Positions 28,652-46,653 of a stretch of 64,000 nt of DNA are shown here, in pieces. A program made the translations under genes and the position numbers. The notes beneath the pieces were generated by a model that had not been told where the DNA came from, did not search any database, and saw only the letters and a list, made by a program, of their open reading frames with translations. This DNA comes from Eledone cirrhosa. Taxonomy: Eukaryota. The first letter of the stretch is position 1, and every line of letters starts with the position of its first letter. The stretch covers positions 7,998,001 through 8,062,000 of the forward strand of contig OZ024751.1 in the NCBI GenBank assembly GCA_964016885.1. Direction: 5' to 3'.

Positions 28652-31099
<2,448 letters not shown>

Positions 31100-31128
31100 T
31101 ATATATATATACATATATATATATACAC

Positions 31129-31658
<530 letters not shown>

Positions 31659-32032
31659 TATATACATTAATGTCTGTATAGTATATTTGATAATATACTG
31701 TATGTTTATTTGAAAACATTTTGAAGACCATTCATATATTCATCGCTATTTCAGAACACTGCAACATATTCCTCATTTTTGCCGGCCGGCAGCTGCTCTG
31801 CTTAATCAGCTCCTAAACATCACTGGAATTCTATAAGAATCCAACTTCTATAAGTCTCGGTAGAAGCGAAGGGATAAGCAATCGTGTTAACCGTTAACAA
31901 ACGAGAAACAAGTGTCGGTGGGTTCCCTTTGATTTCGCCGAGACTAGTCAGTGCTTTAAAACTCCTAGCGAATAGTCTTCAAAATGTATTTTTAAATAAA
32001 CATACACTATATTATCAAATATACTATACATG

Positions 32033-32125
<93 letters not shown>

Positions 32126-33310
32126 TTGTGCATGCAAGAATGTATGTATACATATATGTATGTATCTATGTAGATATGTATGTATACATGATGATGAGGG
32201 AGCTTATAGATAGGACAACACACGCTGTCTTTTCGTGGGGTAAGTTTTTAATTATTTTTTGTATTCTGAAACATCAAAATACAACAATTTTTTGGTCACT
32301 GGACTCGGGAATGTCACGACAGAAGTTTGTGGAAGTTACACACATATTTTAGTATATTTTAGGAGAGCAATCCTTATTTATATTTTACATTTTACATTTA
32401 CTTACATCTCAATATAACATGGCTAAAATTCAAATTTTGCTCAGAGAAGAAAACGGTCAAATGAACTAGATACATCTCACTGTCCCCACCACCACAATAA
32501 CTTCTACACTATCTCCCCACCATCACATGTCATTACCATTCTCTACTCTCTATTGAATGTATATATATATATATGTGTGTGTATGTATATGTGTGTATAT
32601 ACATCACTCAGTCAAACAACCAGATTTCAACCCCAACATCTACAACAACAACAACACCGGCACTAATGTTTACAGCAACAACAGCTTCAGAATGAACTGA
32701 AATGAACATTTACAACAATTACAACAACAACAACAACAAAAACAGCGGCATGAAAACATAAAAAAGGAAGGGAAAAGAAAAAAAGAAAACGGGAAGGGAA
32801 AAAAAAAAGAAAAGAAAAAAAAACAACTCAAAATAACAAAACACACACACACACAACACAACAACAACATCAACTGCCACCACCACCACCACCGCCACCG
32901 CCGCCGCCATCACCATCACCAGCGACCTGGCCTTAAGAAAACAACTTTAATAATAATTTTTCTGCTTTTGGCACGGATCCAGCGACTGGCCCAGCGCATC
33001 ACTGGTACTCTCTTTTGTTGACTCCGTGGAGAGCTGTAAAGCAATTATAGTAATACTGGACTGTAATACGATCGGCTTCAACTATACAAACTCTTGAAAG
33101 TCAACAGTTGACATAATCTTGTAATCTTGTATCAGTAATGAGGGTAATATATATATATATATGTGTGTGTGCGTGTAAGTGAGTAGAGTAGCGTGTGTGT
33201 GTGTTTGTTGTATGTATGAGTGTTGCTGTGTGCGCGCATATGTATGCGTGTGTCTGTATGTCGTACGTATAAGTGTCAATAAGTGATTTTTTTTTGATTT
33301 TTTTTTTTTT

Positions 33311-36300
33311 GCGCGGGGACAGAAATAATCGGGCTGGATGCCCGATCGCGCAGTTAAACAACTGGGAGTGAAGAACCTCTAGCCCTTGTCAGGGCATTCT
33401 TCTAGGAGAAGGCATCTCGGGAAACTGGGTTAACTCCGATATAAAACCTGCGGCTCAGTAGTTACCGATGATGTTGATCTTTTCTTCTTTTCGGGTTATA
33501 GCTACTGTCGCTCAGAGAGTGGGATTGGCTCAGTGCACAGTCTTTCCTCACTTTAAACATATTCGTCACGCACAGGCATTGCACGAGTACATTAATAATT
33601 ATTAATAGTGTACTATTATTATTATTATTATTATTACTATTATTATTACTTTTTTTTTTTTTTTTTTTTTTTTTTCCAATTCAATGATGTTCCAGAACAA
33701 TGTAAACGAGATAATTGCCAATTTAGGTTCTGGAACAAAAAATATCATTGGCAATAAGGGCAGGGGCCCCAAGTTATCACAGCCTGGGCCCGCCCGTCAT
33801 CGTGCCATTGTAATAGAGCCAAACAAGGCATTTAGTCTTGGCTGCTGGAACGTACGGACGCTGATTGACAGGGATTCTTTGGAGCGTCCTGAACGAAGGA
33901 CCGCTCTTGTTGCAAAGGAGCTTCGACGTTACGATCTTGACATCGTGGCTTTATCTGAGACGAGGTTAGCTGGAGATGGTCATCTTACGGAATTTTGTGG
34001 AGAATATACATTCTTCTGGAAAGGAAGAGATGAAGGAACCAGAAGAGAGGCTGGGGTAGGATTTGCTGTTAAGACTGTACTTGTGAATAAATGAGAAGAA
34101 TTCCCAGTAGGGATTAGTGAGCGTCTTATGTCCATGAGAGTTCCGCTGGACAAGGGAAGATATGCTACCCTGGTGAGTGTGCATGCTCCAACTATGAATT
34201 CTGTCGATGAAGAAAAACTGTCCTTTTACCATGCCTTGAAAGGTGTTCTAAGAAATATCCCTCAGGCAGACAAAGTCATCGTGCTTGGTGACTTTAATAC
34301 TAGAGTGGGTAGGGATTTTAACACATGGAATGTAATCGGAAGGCATGGGGTGGGAAAGTGTAACAGCAATGGTATGCTCTTGCTGCAGATGTGTGAGGAG
34401 CTGGATCTGTGTGTTACCAACACCATGTTCCAACAAAAGAACAAATTCAAGACCACATGGATGCATCCTGCATCTAAGGAATGGCATCTTTTGGACTACG
34501 TCCTAGTCAGGATGCGTGACAGACAGGATGTGCAGTGTGTTCGTGCTCTTCGTGGAGCTGAGTGCTGGACGGACCACCGCCTGGTACGCGCAAAAGTGAA
34601 TCTAATCACCAAACGTAAAATCCGGGCTCCTGGTGTTACCCTGCCCAAAAGATTGAATGCTGCTCGTCTTAAGGATAAAAATGTGAAGAGGTCATTGGAA
34701 GAAGAGATGCAGGCTGCAGATCTTGGTGAGGATTGGCCGACCCTTAAAAAGTCGGTTTATGATGTAGGCAGACGTGTTCTGGGATTGGTGCAGAGAAAAC
34801 ATCAGGACTGGTTTAATGAGAATGATGTACATATAGAAGACTTGTTGGCTGATAAGAGGCGTGCTCTGTCACGCTACTTGACGGCAAAACCACAGGAGAG
34901 GAATACGTTGCATGAGGAGCTCAGGGATGTAAAATCACGTGTTAGGCGGAGTCTTTCTCAGATGAAGGATCAGTGGTGGAGTGAGAAGGCTGGTGAGATA
35001 CAAACTGCGTCTGATTGCAAAAACACAAAGCTGTTGTACAGTCTCTTGCGTGAGTTTTATGGACCGTCTTCTTCTCTGGTGACACCGATTCGCAGCAAGG
35101 ATGGCAAAGAACTTCTTCGTGACTCACAGGGAATTCTACGAAGGTGGCGAGAGCACTTTGATGATCTTTTGAATCAGCCGTCTGTCGTCAGTGAAGATTT
35201 CCTCAATCTCATTCCGGAAAGTCCTGTGAAAGTAGCTCTCGCAGAAACTCCGACGCTTGTGGAGGTTGCAGTGGCTATTTCGAAGCTGAACAGTGGAAGA
35301 TCTCCAGGTATGGATGGCATACATGCTGAGCTCCTACAATATGGTGGTGAGAGACTCCTGCAACATAATGAATCTTTGTTTGGAAGGATATGGGCTAATG
35401 AATCCGTGCCTGAGGACTGGAGAGATGCAGTAATGGTGGTCTTGTACAAGGGAAAGGGTAACAGGAATGATTGTGGGAACTACAGAGGTATATCATTGCT
35501 TTCTGTCGTAGGGAAAGTTTTATGTAGGGTGCTTCTGGACCGTCTGCTGACACACATTGCAGATTGTGTCCTTCCTGAAAGTCAATCTGGTTTTCGTGCT
35601 GGATGCGGCACTACTGATATGATCTTCTCAGCTAGACAGCTCCAGGAGAAGTGCATTGAACAAGGCTTGGATCTGTATCAGGTTTTTGTCGATCTGACAA
35701 AGGCTTTCGATACTGTCAACAGAGATGCATTATGGAAGGTTCTCCAGAAACTTGGTTGCCCTGATAAGTTCCTTGCTTTAGTTAGGTCTTTCCATGACGA
35801 CATGAAGGCTTGGGTTAATGTCGGAGGAACCTATCTCAGTAAAAAATGGAGTGAAACAGGCGGCTATTCCAGCACCGACCCTGTTTGCCATATACTTTGC
35901 AATGGTTTTCTGTATTGCATTCAGGAATTGCGAGCATGGTGTTTACATCCGATATCGAACCTCAGGCAGCATATTTAACATCAGGCGCTTTGCTGCGAAG
36001 ACAAAAGTATTTACAACAGTCATAAGAGACCTCTTGTATGCAGATGATTGCGATCTTGTAGCGCACACAGAGAGTGATATTCAGCACATTTTGAATGCAT
36101 TTTCTGACGCTTGCACTGCCCTGGGTTTGACTGTCAGTCTTAAGAAAACCGCCGTCATGTACCAACCTGCCCCTAGTAGGCAGTACACTGAACCAAACAT
36201 CTATGTGTATGGCAAACGACTTGGAGTGGTTGATCAGTTTGTCTACCTGGGAAGCACTGTCAATCGATACGGCAACCTTGATAGTGAAATCTCACTTAGG

Positions 36301-37219
36301 ATTAGGAAAGCAAGTGATGCTTTCGGAAAGCTAGAAAGGCGACTCTGGGGTCGGCGAGACATATGCAGGAGGACAAAGGTAAAGGTATACAGGGCATGTG
36401 TACTCTCTTGTCTTCTTTATGCCTGCGAGACCTGGGTCATATATCGACGCCACCTTAAGCAATTGGAGCGTTTCCATCAGATGTGTTTCAGACGGATCCA
36501 TGGCGTTCACTGGAGGGACGTGATGTCGAGATTTTGGAAAGCTCTATGTGTGACAGTATAGAAGCTCTTGTGCTTAAGCAACGACTCCGTTGGAGTGGTC
36601 ACCTTGCCAGGATGAAGGATTCTAGAATACCAAAACAACTCTTCTATGGAGAGTTGGTTAAAGGAAAACGACCGCCACATAAACCAAAAAAGAGGTATAA
36701 GGATTCCTTGAAAGCCTCTCTGAAAGACGCTAACATCTCTGCTGATACATGGGAAAATATTGCTGCTGATCGTAATAAATGGAGAAAGACTGTATATGAG
36801 GGAAAAGTTGCCTTTGAGGCATCTCGAATCGCACACGAGAAAGTAAAGCGGGACGCGAGGAAGGGCATTGCTGTTGCACTTCCAGACGGCGAGGGTCCTC
36901 CTATGGTGCTGACATGCAGCGTCTGTGCGAGACTCTGCCTAAGCAAAGTTGGACTCGAAAGTCATCTTCGCAGTCATAAAGTAAGACCAGTGGTTGACTA
37001 ACAGGCTGCTGTTGGAGATGCTACTCATCATGCTTGCCAAACATGTGGTAGAGAATGTAAATCAGCAGGAGGGCTCAAGCGACATGGAAAAGTACACGAA
37101 CTCCAACCACAGCCGACTATTCCCAGTGAATGTTTTGGTTGCCGACTCTGTGCAAGACATTTTAGATCATTGGCTGGGCTAAAAAGCCACATTCGATCGC
37201 AGCACTGTTAGTTGCTATC

Positions 37220-37253
<34 letters not shown>

Positions 37254-37293
37254 GGTTATGTGCGTGTGAGTGTGTCGTTATTATTATTATTGC

Positions 37294-37336
<43 letters not shown>

Positions 37337-37394
37337 GTTATTAATGTATGTGTGTGTATATGTGTGAGTGTATGTGTATGTATGTGTGTATGTA

Positions 37395-37425
<31 letters not shown>

Positions 37426-37551
37426 TTCTTTTTTTTTTATTTATTTATTTATTAGTATTATTATTATTATTTATTTTATTTTAATTTTTTTTTATTTTTT
37501 TTTTTTCTTCTTGTGCAATGGCCATACTCGATAACGAGGGGGCAGCCATCA
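33311..37551 (+). mobile_element. Near full-length RTE (BovB-like) LINE
   Basis: 5' UTR motif GCCCTTGTCAGGGCA..CTAGGAGAAGG, a single APE-RT ORF, microsatellites in both UTRs, and a 3' terminal stem-loop CTCG-ATAA-CGAG-GGGGCAGCCATCAT. Confidence 0.92.
33684..37211 (+). pseudogene. RTE ORF: APE endonuclease + RT + three C2H2 zinc fingers; stops at 34092 and 36999, frameshifts near 35820 and 36520
   Basis: [109 protein letters not shown], CxxC..H..H three times. Confidence 0.95.
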
Positions 37552-37997
37552 TGTATACATATATAAGTGTATATATCGATATATGAATGTATATATGTTT
37601 CTTGATTTGCTAGTTCTGCGGGAAATAGCATTGGTCATGGTCATCCGAAGACTTCTTTGATCTTAACGAATAAAGTGGTTGTAGTTTTGTTCCTGCACGC
37701 TGACGACCGCTAGAAAGACAAAAGAAGATATATTCGTAAGGATAAACGAGATAATAATGATGAAGGACGGGACATATTTGAAAGCGATTTCTCATGAGAC
37801 GAAACTAAATGTTCTTTTCATATATATATACATATCCATTGAACGAAATATATATCAGAAACTATTGCTGACTAAAGTTTATTGCGATTAGTAATCATGC
37901 TTGATAATATTAATGTGTGACACATTCCTCATTTTATATTTTCCTTAATTCTGTGTATTATAGCCCCTATTTTTATGTATCATATATGAATGATCAA

Positions 37998-38116
37998 TTC
38001 ACATTGTATCAGTTTACATTGTATCAGTTTACATTGTATCAGTTTACATTGTATCAGTTTACATTGTAATAGTTTACATTGTAACAGTTTTCATTGTAAC
38101 AGTTTACATTGTATCA
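37998..38116. repeat. 15-bp minisatellite (TTTACATTGTATCAG), about 7.5 copies
   Basis: Read directly. Confidence 0.9.
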
Positions 38117-39204
38117 TATATCTCGAACGGAAATTGTTTTAAGTATTTACACTATTTGTAGAATCATACAACGGTCGCATTCTGCTGTAGACCTTAGATT
38201 TGGGCCATCCTTTTGAAAACAAATAACATGATCAACACCACAACTTAGTAATGTTGTTAATGGTAGCGCAATTTCATATAATCAATAATGTCAGTCCACC
38301 TACCGATGTTTCGTGTTTTATCAACTTCCTTTTTATACATTTTATCCTGAAACGGCAGTCGTATCACATAATCTACGGTTTTCTAAAATATTCGTCTTTG
38401 CTGTTAGGGAATATAAATCATCATACTTTGCTAAACAATACTAGATATTTGTATTGTTTTCTGATCAAAACTATAACGAATTTTTCTGATGTGAAGAAGA
38501 ATAATTACGAAAATATTAAACTTCTTTTGAAATGCACTGATTGCATTTTGTCTTATCTGTTAGAGATTTAATGTTTACTAATGTATCTGGACATTAGTCA
38601 AAGTGGGATTATTCTCGTCTCAACAGTTTGACAATTATTGGTGCTTATAATAGATTTAATATTTGTTCTTGATAGAGCAATTGTACTGAAATACATTAAA
38701 CCTATTTTCGGCTTGGAATACAATGCACTTGGAAAACTATAATTAAGAGGAAGATTAAAGAGAAAAAATTGTATGAAAATTAATAGATGGATGAATAGGT
38801 TTTGTAAATCAAAGAGGTAATTGCTTTTTATTAGTCTTGTCTAGATGGTAAAAAAACATAGTTTAATAGTTACATATTGATTTCTGATACTGTCGAAACT
38901 AGGATTTCGATTAACAGAGAATCCAGGGTGAGCCGATGAGTACAATAAATGAAATGTATTTAACGTTAAGTCAAACCTTCTTGCGATAATTTCCTTACAA
39001 CACTACGGTCCTTAGCACATAGCCACATTATTACATATGCAATTTTCATAATCTGGGTTGGAAAGTAAAATATCGTTGTTATTGACAACATACGTAGGTT
39101 TAATTCCTGTAAACAGTTGCCAATTTATTTATTTCGAGTACTTTTGAACATATAATATAAACTGCTTATATTACATGAATACAAACCGTATACACTGAGA
39201 CTCA

Positions 39205-39275
<71 letters not shown>

Positions 39276-39279
<4 letters not shown>

Positions 39280-39534
39280 ACTAGAAATTGATTGACTTAT
39301 ATATATATATTTAAAATAAACCCATGAAACAATCAGAGGGGATAATGTGTAAAGTGTGTAATCACACACAGCTAGGTAGGTAACTAATTAAAGTTTAACT
39401 AGATCTTAAAATTTTACCTTCAAATATTATCTTCAAATATTACCAAATGTAATTGGAGATATACAAAAGCGTGGAGAACTTAATATTGATAACAAAAATG
39501 TATTGGACCGTTCGGCACAACCAATAATACACCA

Positions 39535-39593
<59 letters not shown>

Positions 39594-40663
39594 AAATAAA
39601 TTTAGTTAAATTAAATTAAAGGAGTCATATCCGAGACATACGCCATATCCACTGTAGGTCAAGATTCTACTGAATAGCTCCGAGCATTTTATATCAACTA
39701 GACATTGATTGACATATATATATATTTAAAATAAACACATGAAACAATCACACGGGATAATTTGTAAAGTGTGTAATCACACAAGCTAGGTAGGTAACTA
39801 ATTAAAGTTTAACTAGATCTTCAAATATTACCTTTTAAAAAATGATTAATCCTCCTTGTATATATTTCATTAAAGAAATATATTTCAATAAAAATCCGTA
39901 AATTCGCAGTAGTTAAATCTTAGATCATCAGCAAGGAGGAAGAAATAACTGTCTGTGTTTACGCATAAAATGCAAACCTACGAGTGACCCTTCGCACGTG
40001 CTGCAATTCTAAAACTACTAACAACATACTAGCGTCCTCCCATTGGCGGGAATAGGGTGGTCGACTGCTATAAATAGCAGCCAAGTCCTTTCAACCGAAT
40101 TAGCTCTACAGATAAGGAGCCGTTTATATATCCGAAATAAATTTAGTTAAATTAAATTAAAAGAGTCATGTCCGAGATATGCGCCATATCCACTGTAGAA
40201 TAAGCTCGAAGATTCCATTGAATAAATCCGAGCATTTTATATCAACTAGAAATTGATTGACATATATATATATATTTAAAATAAACTCATGGTTTGCATT
40301 TGATGCTTAAACACAGACAGTTATTTTTTCCTCCTTGCTGATGATCTAAGATTTAACTACTGTGACTTTACGGATTTTAAGTGAAATATATCTCTTTAAT
40401 GAAATATATACAAGTAGGATTAATCATTTTTAAAAGGTAATATTTGAAGATCTATTTAAACTTTAATTAGTTACCTACCTACACTTTCGAAATTATCCCG
40501 TGTGATTGTTTCATGTGTTTATTTTAAATATATATATATGTCAATCAATGTCTAGTTGATATAAAATGCTCGGAGCTATTCAGTAGAATCTTGATCTACA
40601 GTGGATATGGCGTATGTCTCAGACATGACTCCTTTAATATAATTTATCTAAATTTATTTCGGA

Positions 40664-40665
<2 letters not shown>
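39276..40665. mobile_element. ORF-less hammerhead element with ~541-bp tandem period plus an inverted copy (retrozyme-like / non-autonomous PLE)
   Basis: GAAATAAATTTAGTTAAATT at 39593 and 40134. 40291-40665 is the reverse complement of the unit. Partial unit at 39276-39430. Confidence 0.8.
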
Positions 40666-40726
<61 letters not shown>

Positions 40727-40810
40727 TGGTGAAATATTGGTTGTATCGAACGGTCCAATAAATTGTTGTTAGCAATATTAAGTTCTCCACGCTTTTGTAT
40801 ATCTCCAATT
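39449..40810. repeat. ~90-bp inverted repeat (39449-39540 / 40721-40810) enclosing TA runs and the 541-bp element
   Basis: AATTGGAGATATACAAAAGCGTGGAGAACTTAATATTG...ACCATACTAT matches its reverse complement. Confidence 0.85.
39850..39940 (-). ncRNA. Hammerhead with perfect 9-bp stem I (mirror copy 40329-40419, plus)
   Basis: TCCTCCTTG-CTGATGA-[long, weakly paired stem II]-GAAA-TATA-TA-CAAGGAGGA. Confidence 0.7.
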
Positions 40811-40834
40811 CCATTTATGGGAACAGCTAGATTT

Positions 40835-40908
40835 TCACCTGACGAGATCAGTGATAATCGATCATGGCTACACGATCGAAATATCTCTTCTTGAAACATG
40901 TGTCGTGA
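40835..40908 (+). ncRNA. Hammerhead-like motif
   Basis: TCAC-CTGACGA-GATC...-GAAAC-ATGT-GTC-GTGA; stem II is ambiguous because there are two candidate GAAA. Confidence 0.5.
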
Positions 40909-41010
40909 TTAAAATGATTGGAAATGTATACCATGCCTTCGGATCTTTATTTTGATATATACATATATGTGTGTGTGTGTGTGTGTGTATGTGTGGGTGT
41001 GTGTGTGTGT

Positions 41011-41084
<74 letters not shown>

Positions 41085-44000
41085 GTATGTATGCGTGTGC
41101 GTAAGTATTAAACTAATATATTTCTTCGTTGCACACTGTTGTTAGTGTGTGAGTGTTTTTGTTACCTTCACCTTCACACACACACACAGATGTATATATA
41201 TAAATATATATGCACATATGTGTGTGTGTGTGTGAATGAATAGAATTCTGTGTGTGCGTAAGCTGCGAATCTATATAAATAACCTGCTACGCATATAACG
41301 TAGATGTAGAATGGGTAAATAAAAGACAGTGGAAGTTTTAGTGGGAGGTTGGGGGTAATATAAACGGAGTGAGTATGTAGAAACATAGAAAGAAAAGGTT
41401 CGAATGGACAAAGAAATATCGATATGAGGCAGAAGAAATGGGATGCCATTTACTTGAATGTTGATGGTAAAGGGAGGCAATAATGGTGTGAGGCAGAAAA
41501 AGAGAATATAATTTATTTGTGCGTTGATCGAAAGAGGAAGGAATAACATAACTCAAATGCCACCACATACACATATATATGATATACTGAAAACTGCGAC
41601 TGCGGAGAGCAGAATAAATCCTTTATTTGTTTTAGATAATACGCTTTTTATTAATCGTTTATTATTTAACGCATGTGCTTCACTGCTATTAACCCTCTTC
41701 TGCAAAATTGAAGCGTTTACAAAGAACTAAGCTTCTAAGTTTACTAAACTTATTTAAATAAAATTAATAACACACATCGTGAAATATTTAACAAGTTAGG
41801 GATTTACAATCTTTATTCATGAATATGTATATGTTAAATTGTCTAGAGTTAGGAATTTACAGGGTGATTTTAATAGGGTAGTAAATGGAGAAAAGGAAAC
41901 AAAGATCAACATACGTATCATTCAAATCACTGTATATGGAACTCTTAATTTAATGTTATGAATCATGATAATGATAATTAATCATTTCTTAAATTCAAAT
42001 GATTAAATGTTGAATTAACAAATATATGTCATAGTAATTATTGCTACTTTTTAAAAATATTACTTTAGAAATATAATTGTGAAATCATAAATTTAAAAAT
42101 AGATATAGCATCGCTTATTGGAATATTGCTATTTACCTGCTGATTATGATAAAAACTATTGCATGTATATCTATGCTAATTTAGTTTGGCATATTATAAC
42201 TATTGCCAAAAAGCATTTACATTCATATATTACCTCAGTATGTTGTCCATCGCATTCAAATATATCGATGACTGCTCACAACGTTCAATATGCATGCCAT
42301 TTATTAATTTTAAATCATTTAATCAAAGATTCATCTCTTGTATATAATTCACAAATTATAAGTTGTTCGACGATTTAGGAACATGATCCATATTTAGAAT
42401 GAATTAACATTTAATCAGTTTCATTACACAATATTACAATAGTATATTAAATTGTATTATTGGAAACATCGTGAAATGTACATATTTTGCTTCTTCCTCC
42501 TTAAACGCATGATTAAATTACTTTTCTTGTGTATCTTAAGGGGTTTGTGTTGAATAGAATTAGTTTCATTCATTAAATACGTAAATTTGCATTCGTGTCT
42601 AAATATGTCCCCTAAAACAATAATGTATGTTATGACATTCACACCAATGGCACGCGCATTAAGGACACGATGTGTTCGAAAAAGATATACGAAGGTATGG
42701 AAACGAGATCAGGCAATGAAGTATAGTCACACGTCTAATATAATAACATACATGAAGGATACAACATTATAAAACATAGAGGTTGTAATCATAGACATTA
42801 AATATATAGTTATCAGAATAAACTGAATAATTGTGAAACACTTTCATATTTTCACACCACAATTCTCCTGGCAATACTCATTTGGTGAACGACTGTACAC
42901 TGTAAATAAAACAGAATATGATTTACAAGCATTTCCCTCTTGAAAGTAGTTCATTAATTGCGTAATGATATTTGACGGGAGCTGCTTTCAACATAAGGTG
43001 GTTGACTGACAACATCTTTATTGAATTTCGCTGTATGGTTTCAAAATGGACAATTATCACTCTTGATGTAATGGATATTGTCGATAACTTAAACAGAAAG
43101 GTTGCGAAAAACCTTGTCAGAAACAGTTTATCAAACGCTATGTGAAATTACTTAAAGTAATGTACACCTGTGTTATATATGATAATAGTATTGATGGCTG
43201 AGTATTGTCCTCTGCAGCAAAATCAATTGTGTTCCTTTCTATCTTTTCTTCCGAAGTCATAAATAATATTAAGGTTCACCTGATGCTATTTCATTGAGAT
43301 ATGTCTTTTCATGAAATACTTCGTGTGCTTCTTGTAGACATATTACAGCATCATAAAGAAAAAAGTGTCAAAGATGTAACATACTATAATATCTCATTGT
43401 ATCGATGTAAATTGGAATATTAAGTTTTAAGTATCATACAATAGACAATGTAAGGTTGAGCATCTAGTCAAAGGATAAAAGCAATAGAAACTTTAGCTAA
43501 AATACCACAGATATAAGCCCTAGCACATAATTTACAAATGTACTTATGATACTTATTCTTCTTTGAACTCAGCTTCGATATTTGTTTTCACTGCATATAT
43601 GTTCTGTTTTGTTTGCTTGTCTAATGTTCTGCATATCTCCAGCCGCCACCATTATCACTATACGTTACAAATCGATTTGCATGTGATATGGATTTTGTAC
43701 TCTTGTGTGCTCTGTTCAAAAGGAAAACACTCCTCAAATCTTTGGTTGTCATAACTGTGTACGCTTCTACAATAGGCACTATTTTCTTTCTCTTCTATTT
43801 GAGGTTTCATCTTTTTTATTAAATCTATGTTTTCTGATTTCAAAACATTCCTAGAGGCTTGTCTCTAACAAGTTTGCGGCTAGTACGTATTTTCACATCC
43901 CCAAAAGAAGCCATATGCTATTATGAATAAACAATGTTTACTAAATTATAAAATATGAAATATGTCCAGGAAACATCACTGTTTTTACACCCTGAAGTAA

Positions 44001-44208
44001 CGAACTGACGTTCTCTAAGTTCTTAGTTTTGACATCTTTAAAAAAAAATCATTTGAAATAAGTAAAGCATGATGAACTTATTTCCCCCGAGGCGGTGTTT
44101 AAGACGTCCGCTCACTGCATACAATAACAACAGATATTACTATTTTCATAAATGTTGTTAATAATTATAATAATAATAATAATAATGATAATAATAATAA
44201 TAATAATA

Positions 44209-44245
<37 letters not shown>

Positions 44246-44253
44246 TAATAATA

Positions 44254-44285
<32 letters not shown>

Positions 44286-45122
44286 TGAATAGCATTAATA
44301 TCATATGTGCGTACGTTTGTGTATGTGTAATAGAGAGTACAGACATTTCTCTATATGGGAAATAAATACTAATACGTGTGTCTGTGTGTCTGTGTATGTG
44401 TGTTTCTGTGTGTGTGTCTGTGTGTGTTTGTGTGTGTGTGAAAGCATGTGTGTCTCTGTGTGTATGTTTGCGCGCGTGTGTGAGTGTATGTGTGTGATTG
44501 CCAGTGCAGCTGCATACCATCACATTTATGAAAACTGACACATCTGGGAAAGTGTGTATTGACGCATGCATGCGTCTAGAATGTACAGCGCAAAACCTTG
44601 AATCACTTTTTTACATATTCGATAAATTTAGATGTACCGAAGTAAAAATATCTATATATGGATGGACATACATGTAATTATATAACGTCGTGTTCATTCA
44701 GACGTATACGTCGATTGCAATGCATTAAGTGGAAGTGGTGGTGTATATTTTTAGTGCATGAGAATTATTCGCAAGGGAAGTCCGATGCAAGAGTGCCTAG
44801 ACAATAAAGCCATTTGAGGGACATAAAAGCTAGAAACCATACAATTCTATAGCAAAGAACGTTCATATACATATTAACAGAAAAATAGATTATAAACGTG
44901 CACTCACACACACACACAAATACGTGTAAATACATAGATACATATTCCGACACAGACATATATACACACACACATGTACATATATTCGTGTATATATTAT
45001 ATATAAGTTATATTTTCTGCATGCACGCAGACACCCGCACACTGATATATATATATAATGTATATACATTATGAATGATATATATATATACAAACATATA
45101 TACATATATTCATATATATACA

Positions 45123-45249
<127 letters not shown>

Positions 45250-45283
45250 ATGTTTTCGAGACAGCGAGCCGGTTTGAAATGAT

Positions 45284-45522
45284 TATAAATGTAAGCTATC
45301 GCCGTATTTTGACTAAAGATATTAAATAAATGATTTAGCCTGTTAGTGGGGTTAAGAACCCTCGGAGAAATGGAAAAAGCTGAGTATTGACGTACATGGG
45401 AGTACGGCATGTACGTCAATACTCAGCTTTTTCCATTTCTCCGAGGGTTTTTAACCCCACTAACAGGCTAAATAATTTCTTTAATATCTTTAGTCAAAAT
45501 ACGGCGATAGCTTACATTTATA
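45284..45522. repeat. 115-bp-arm hairpin with 9-nt loop between microsatellites; no canonical hammerhead
   Basis: Arms 45284-45398 / 45408-45522 with about 3 mismatches; short extra tail 45246-45283. Confidence 0.9.
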
Positions 45523-45551
45523 TTAATAATAATAATAATATATATATATAT

Positions 45552-45624
<73 letters not shown>

Positions 45625-45628
45625 TTAC

Positions 45629-45755
<127 letters not shown>

Positions 45756-45756
45756 C

Positions 45757-45862
<106 letters not shown>

Positions 45863-46273
45863 GATGTCTATTCTTTCTCGTAATAACATTAATAGAGAGT
45901 GTGCCAAATGTCTGACGTTACCATTAATGCTAATCTCAACGTACAGCTTTTTATTATTGTAGATACGAACGTGATGTGCAAATTGACAGCTGCTGCTGTT
46001 GCTAATCCTGCATTTCTTCGTGTGCCTACTAGGTCGTTGCTTAACATACTATATTTCTTAATCGTCGCCTGCTACTGTCTTTTATATTATATATAGATAC
46101 GTATTGTGCTAACGTAATTGGCATATATGTATAAATGGATAGAGAGATGCATATACATGTGCATCGTAATATATACATATACACATATATACGCATATAT
46201 ATATATATGTGTGTGTGTGCGTGTTTGTATATATATATATACACACACACACACATACACACATATACATATA

Positions 46274-46323
<50 letters not shown>

Positions 46324-46351
46324 TTGTATATATATATATATATATGTTATA

Positions 46352-46425
<74 letters not shown>

Positions 46426-46436
46426 TATATATATCA

Positions 46437-46653
46437 ACAGTCGATCGATTTTCGTCAAATTGGACCGAGGAATCAATGTTTCAATTGGTCTTTTCAATTG
46501 CTAATACGATCTGTCGCTCGCAACTACAGGTAGAAATAGCAACCGGAAACAAAGTGTCTTGCCCAAGGTCATAGCGCATCGCCTGGTCCGGGAATCGAAC
46601 TCACAACCTCACGATTGCAAATCAAATTATCTAACCAATCAGCGACGCGCCTT
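46437..46653 (-). mobile_element. tRNA-derived SINE, family B
   Basis: Aligns to 28365-28578; B box GAGTTCGATTCC. Confidence 0.85.

Noticed and set aside
34092-34094. In-frame TGA in the RTE ORF as selenocysteine or read-through
   Set aside because: The position is not a conserved Cys, no SECIS was seen, and the ORF has other ordinary lesions.
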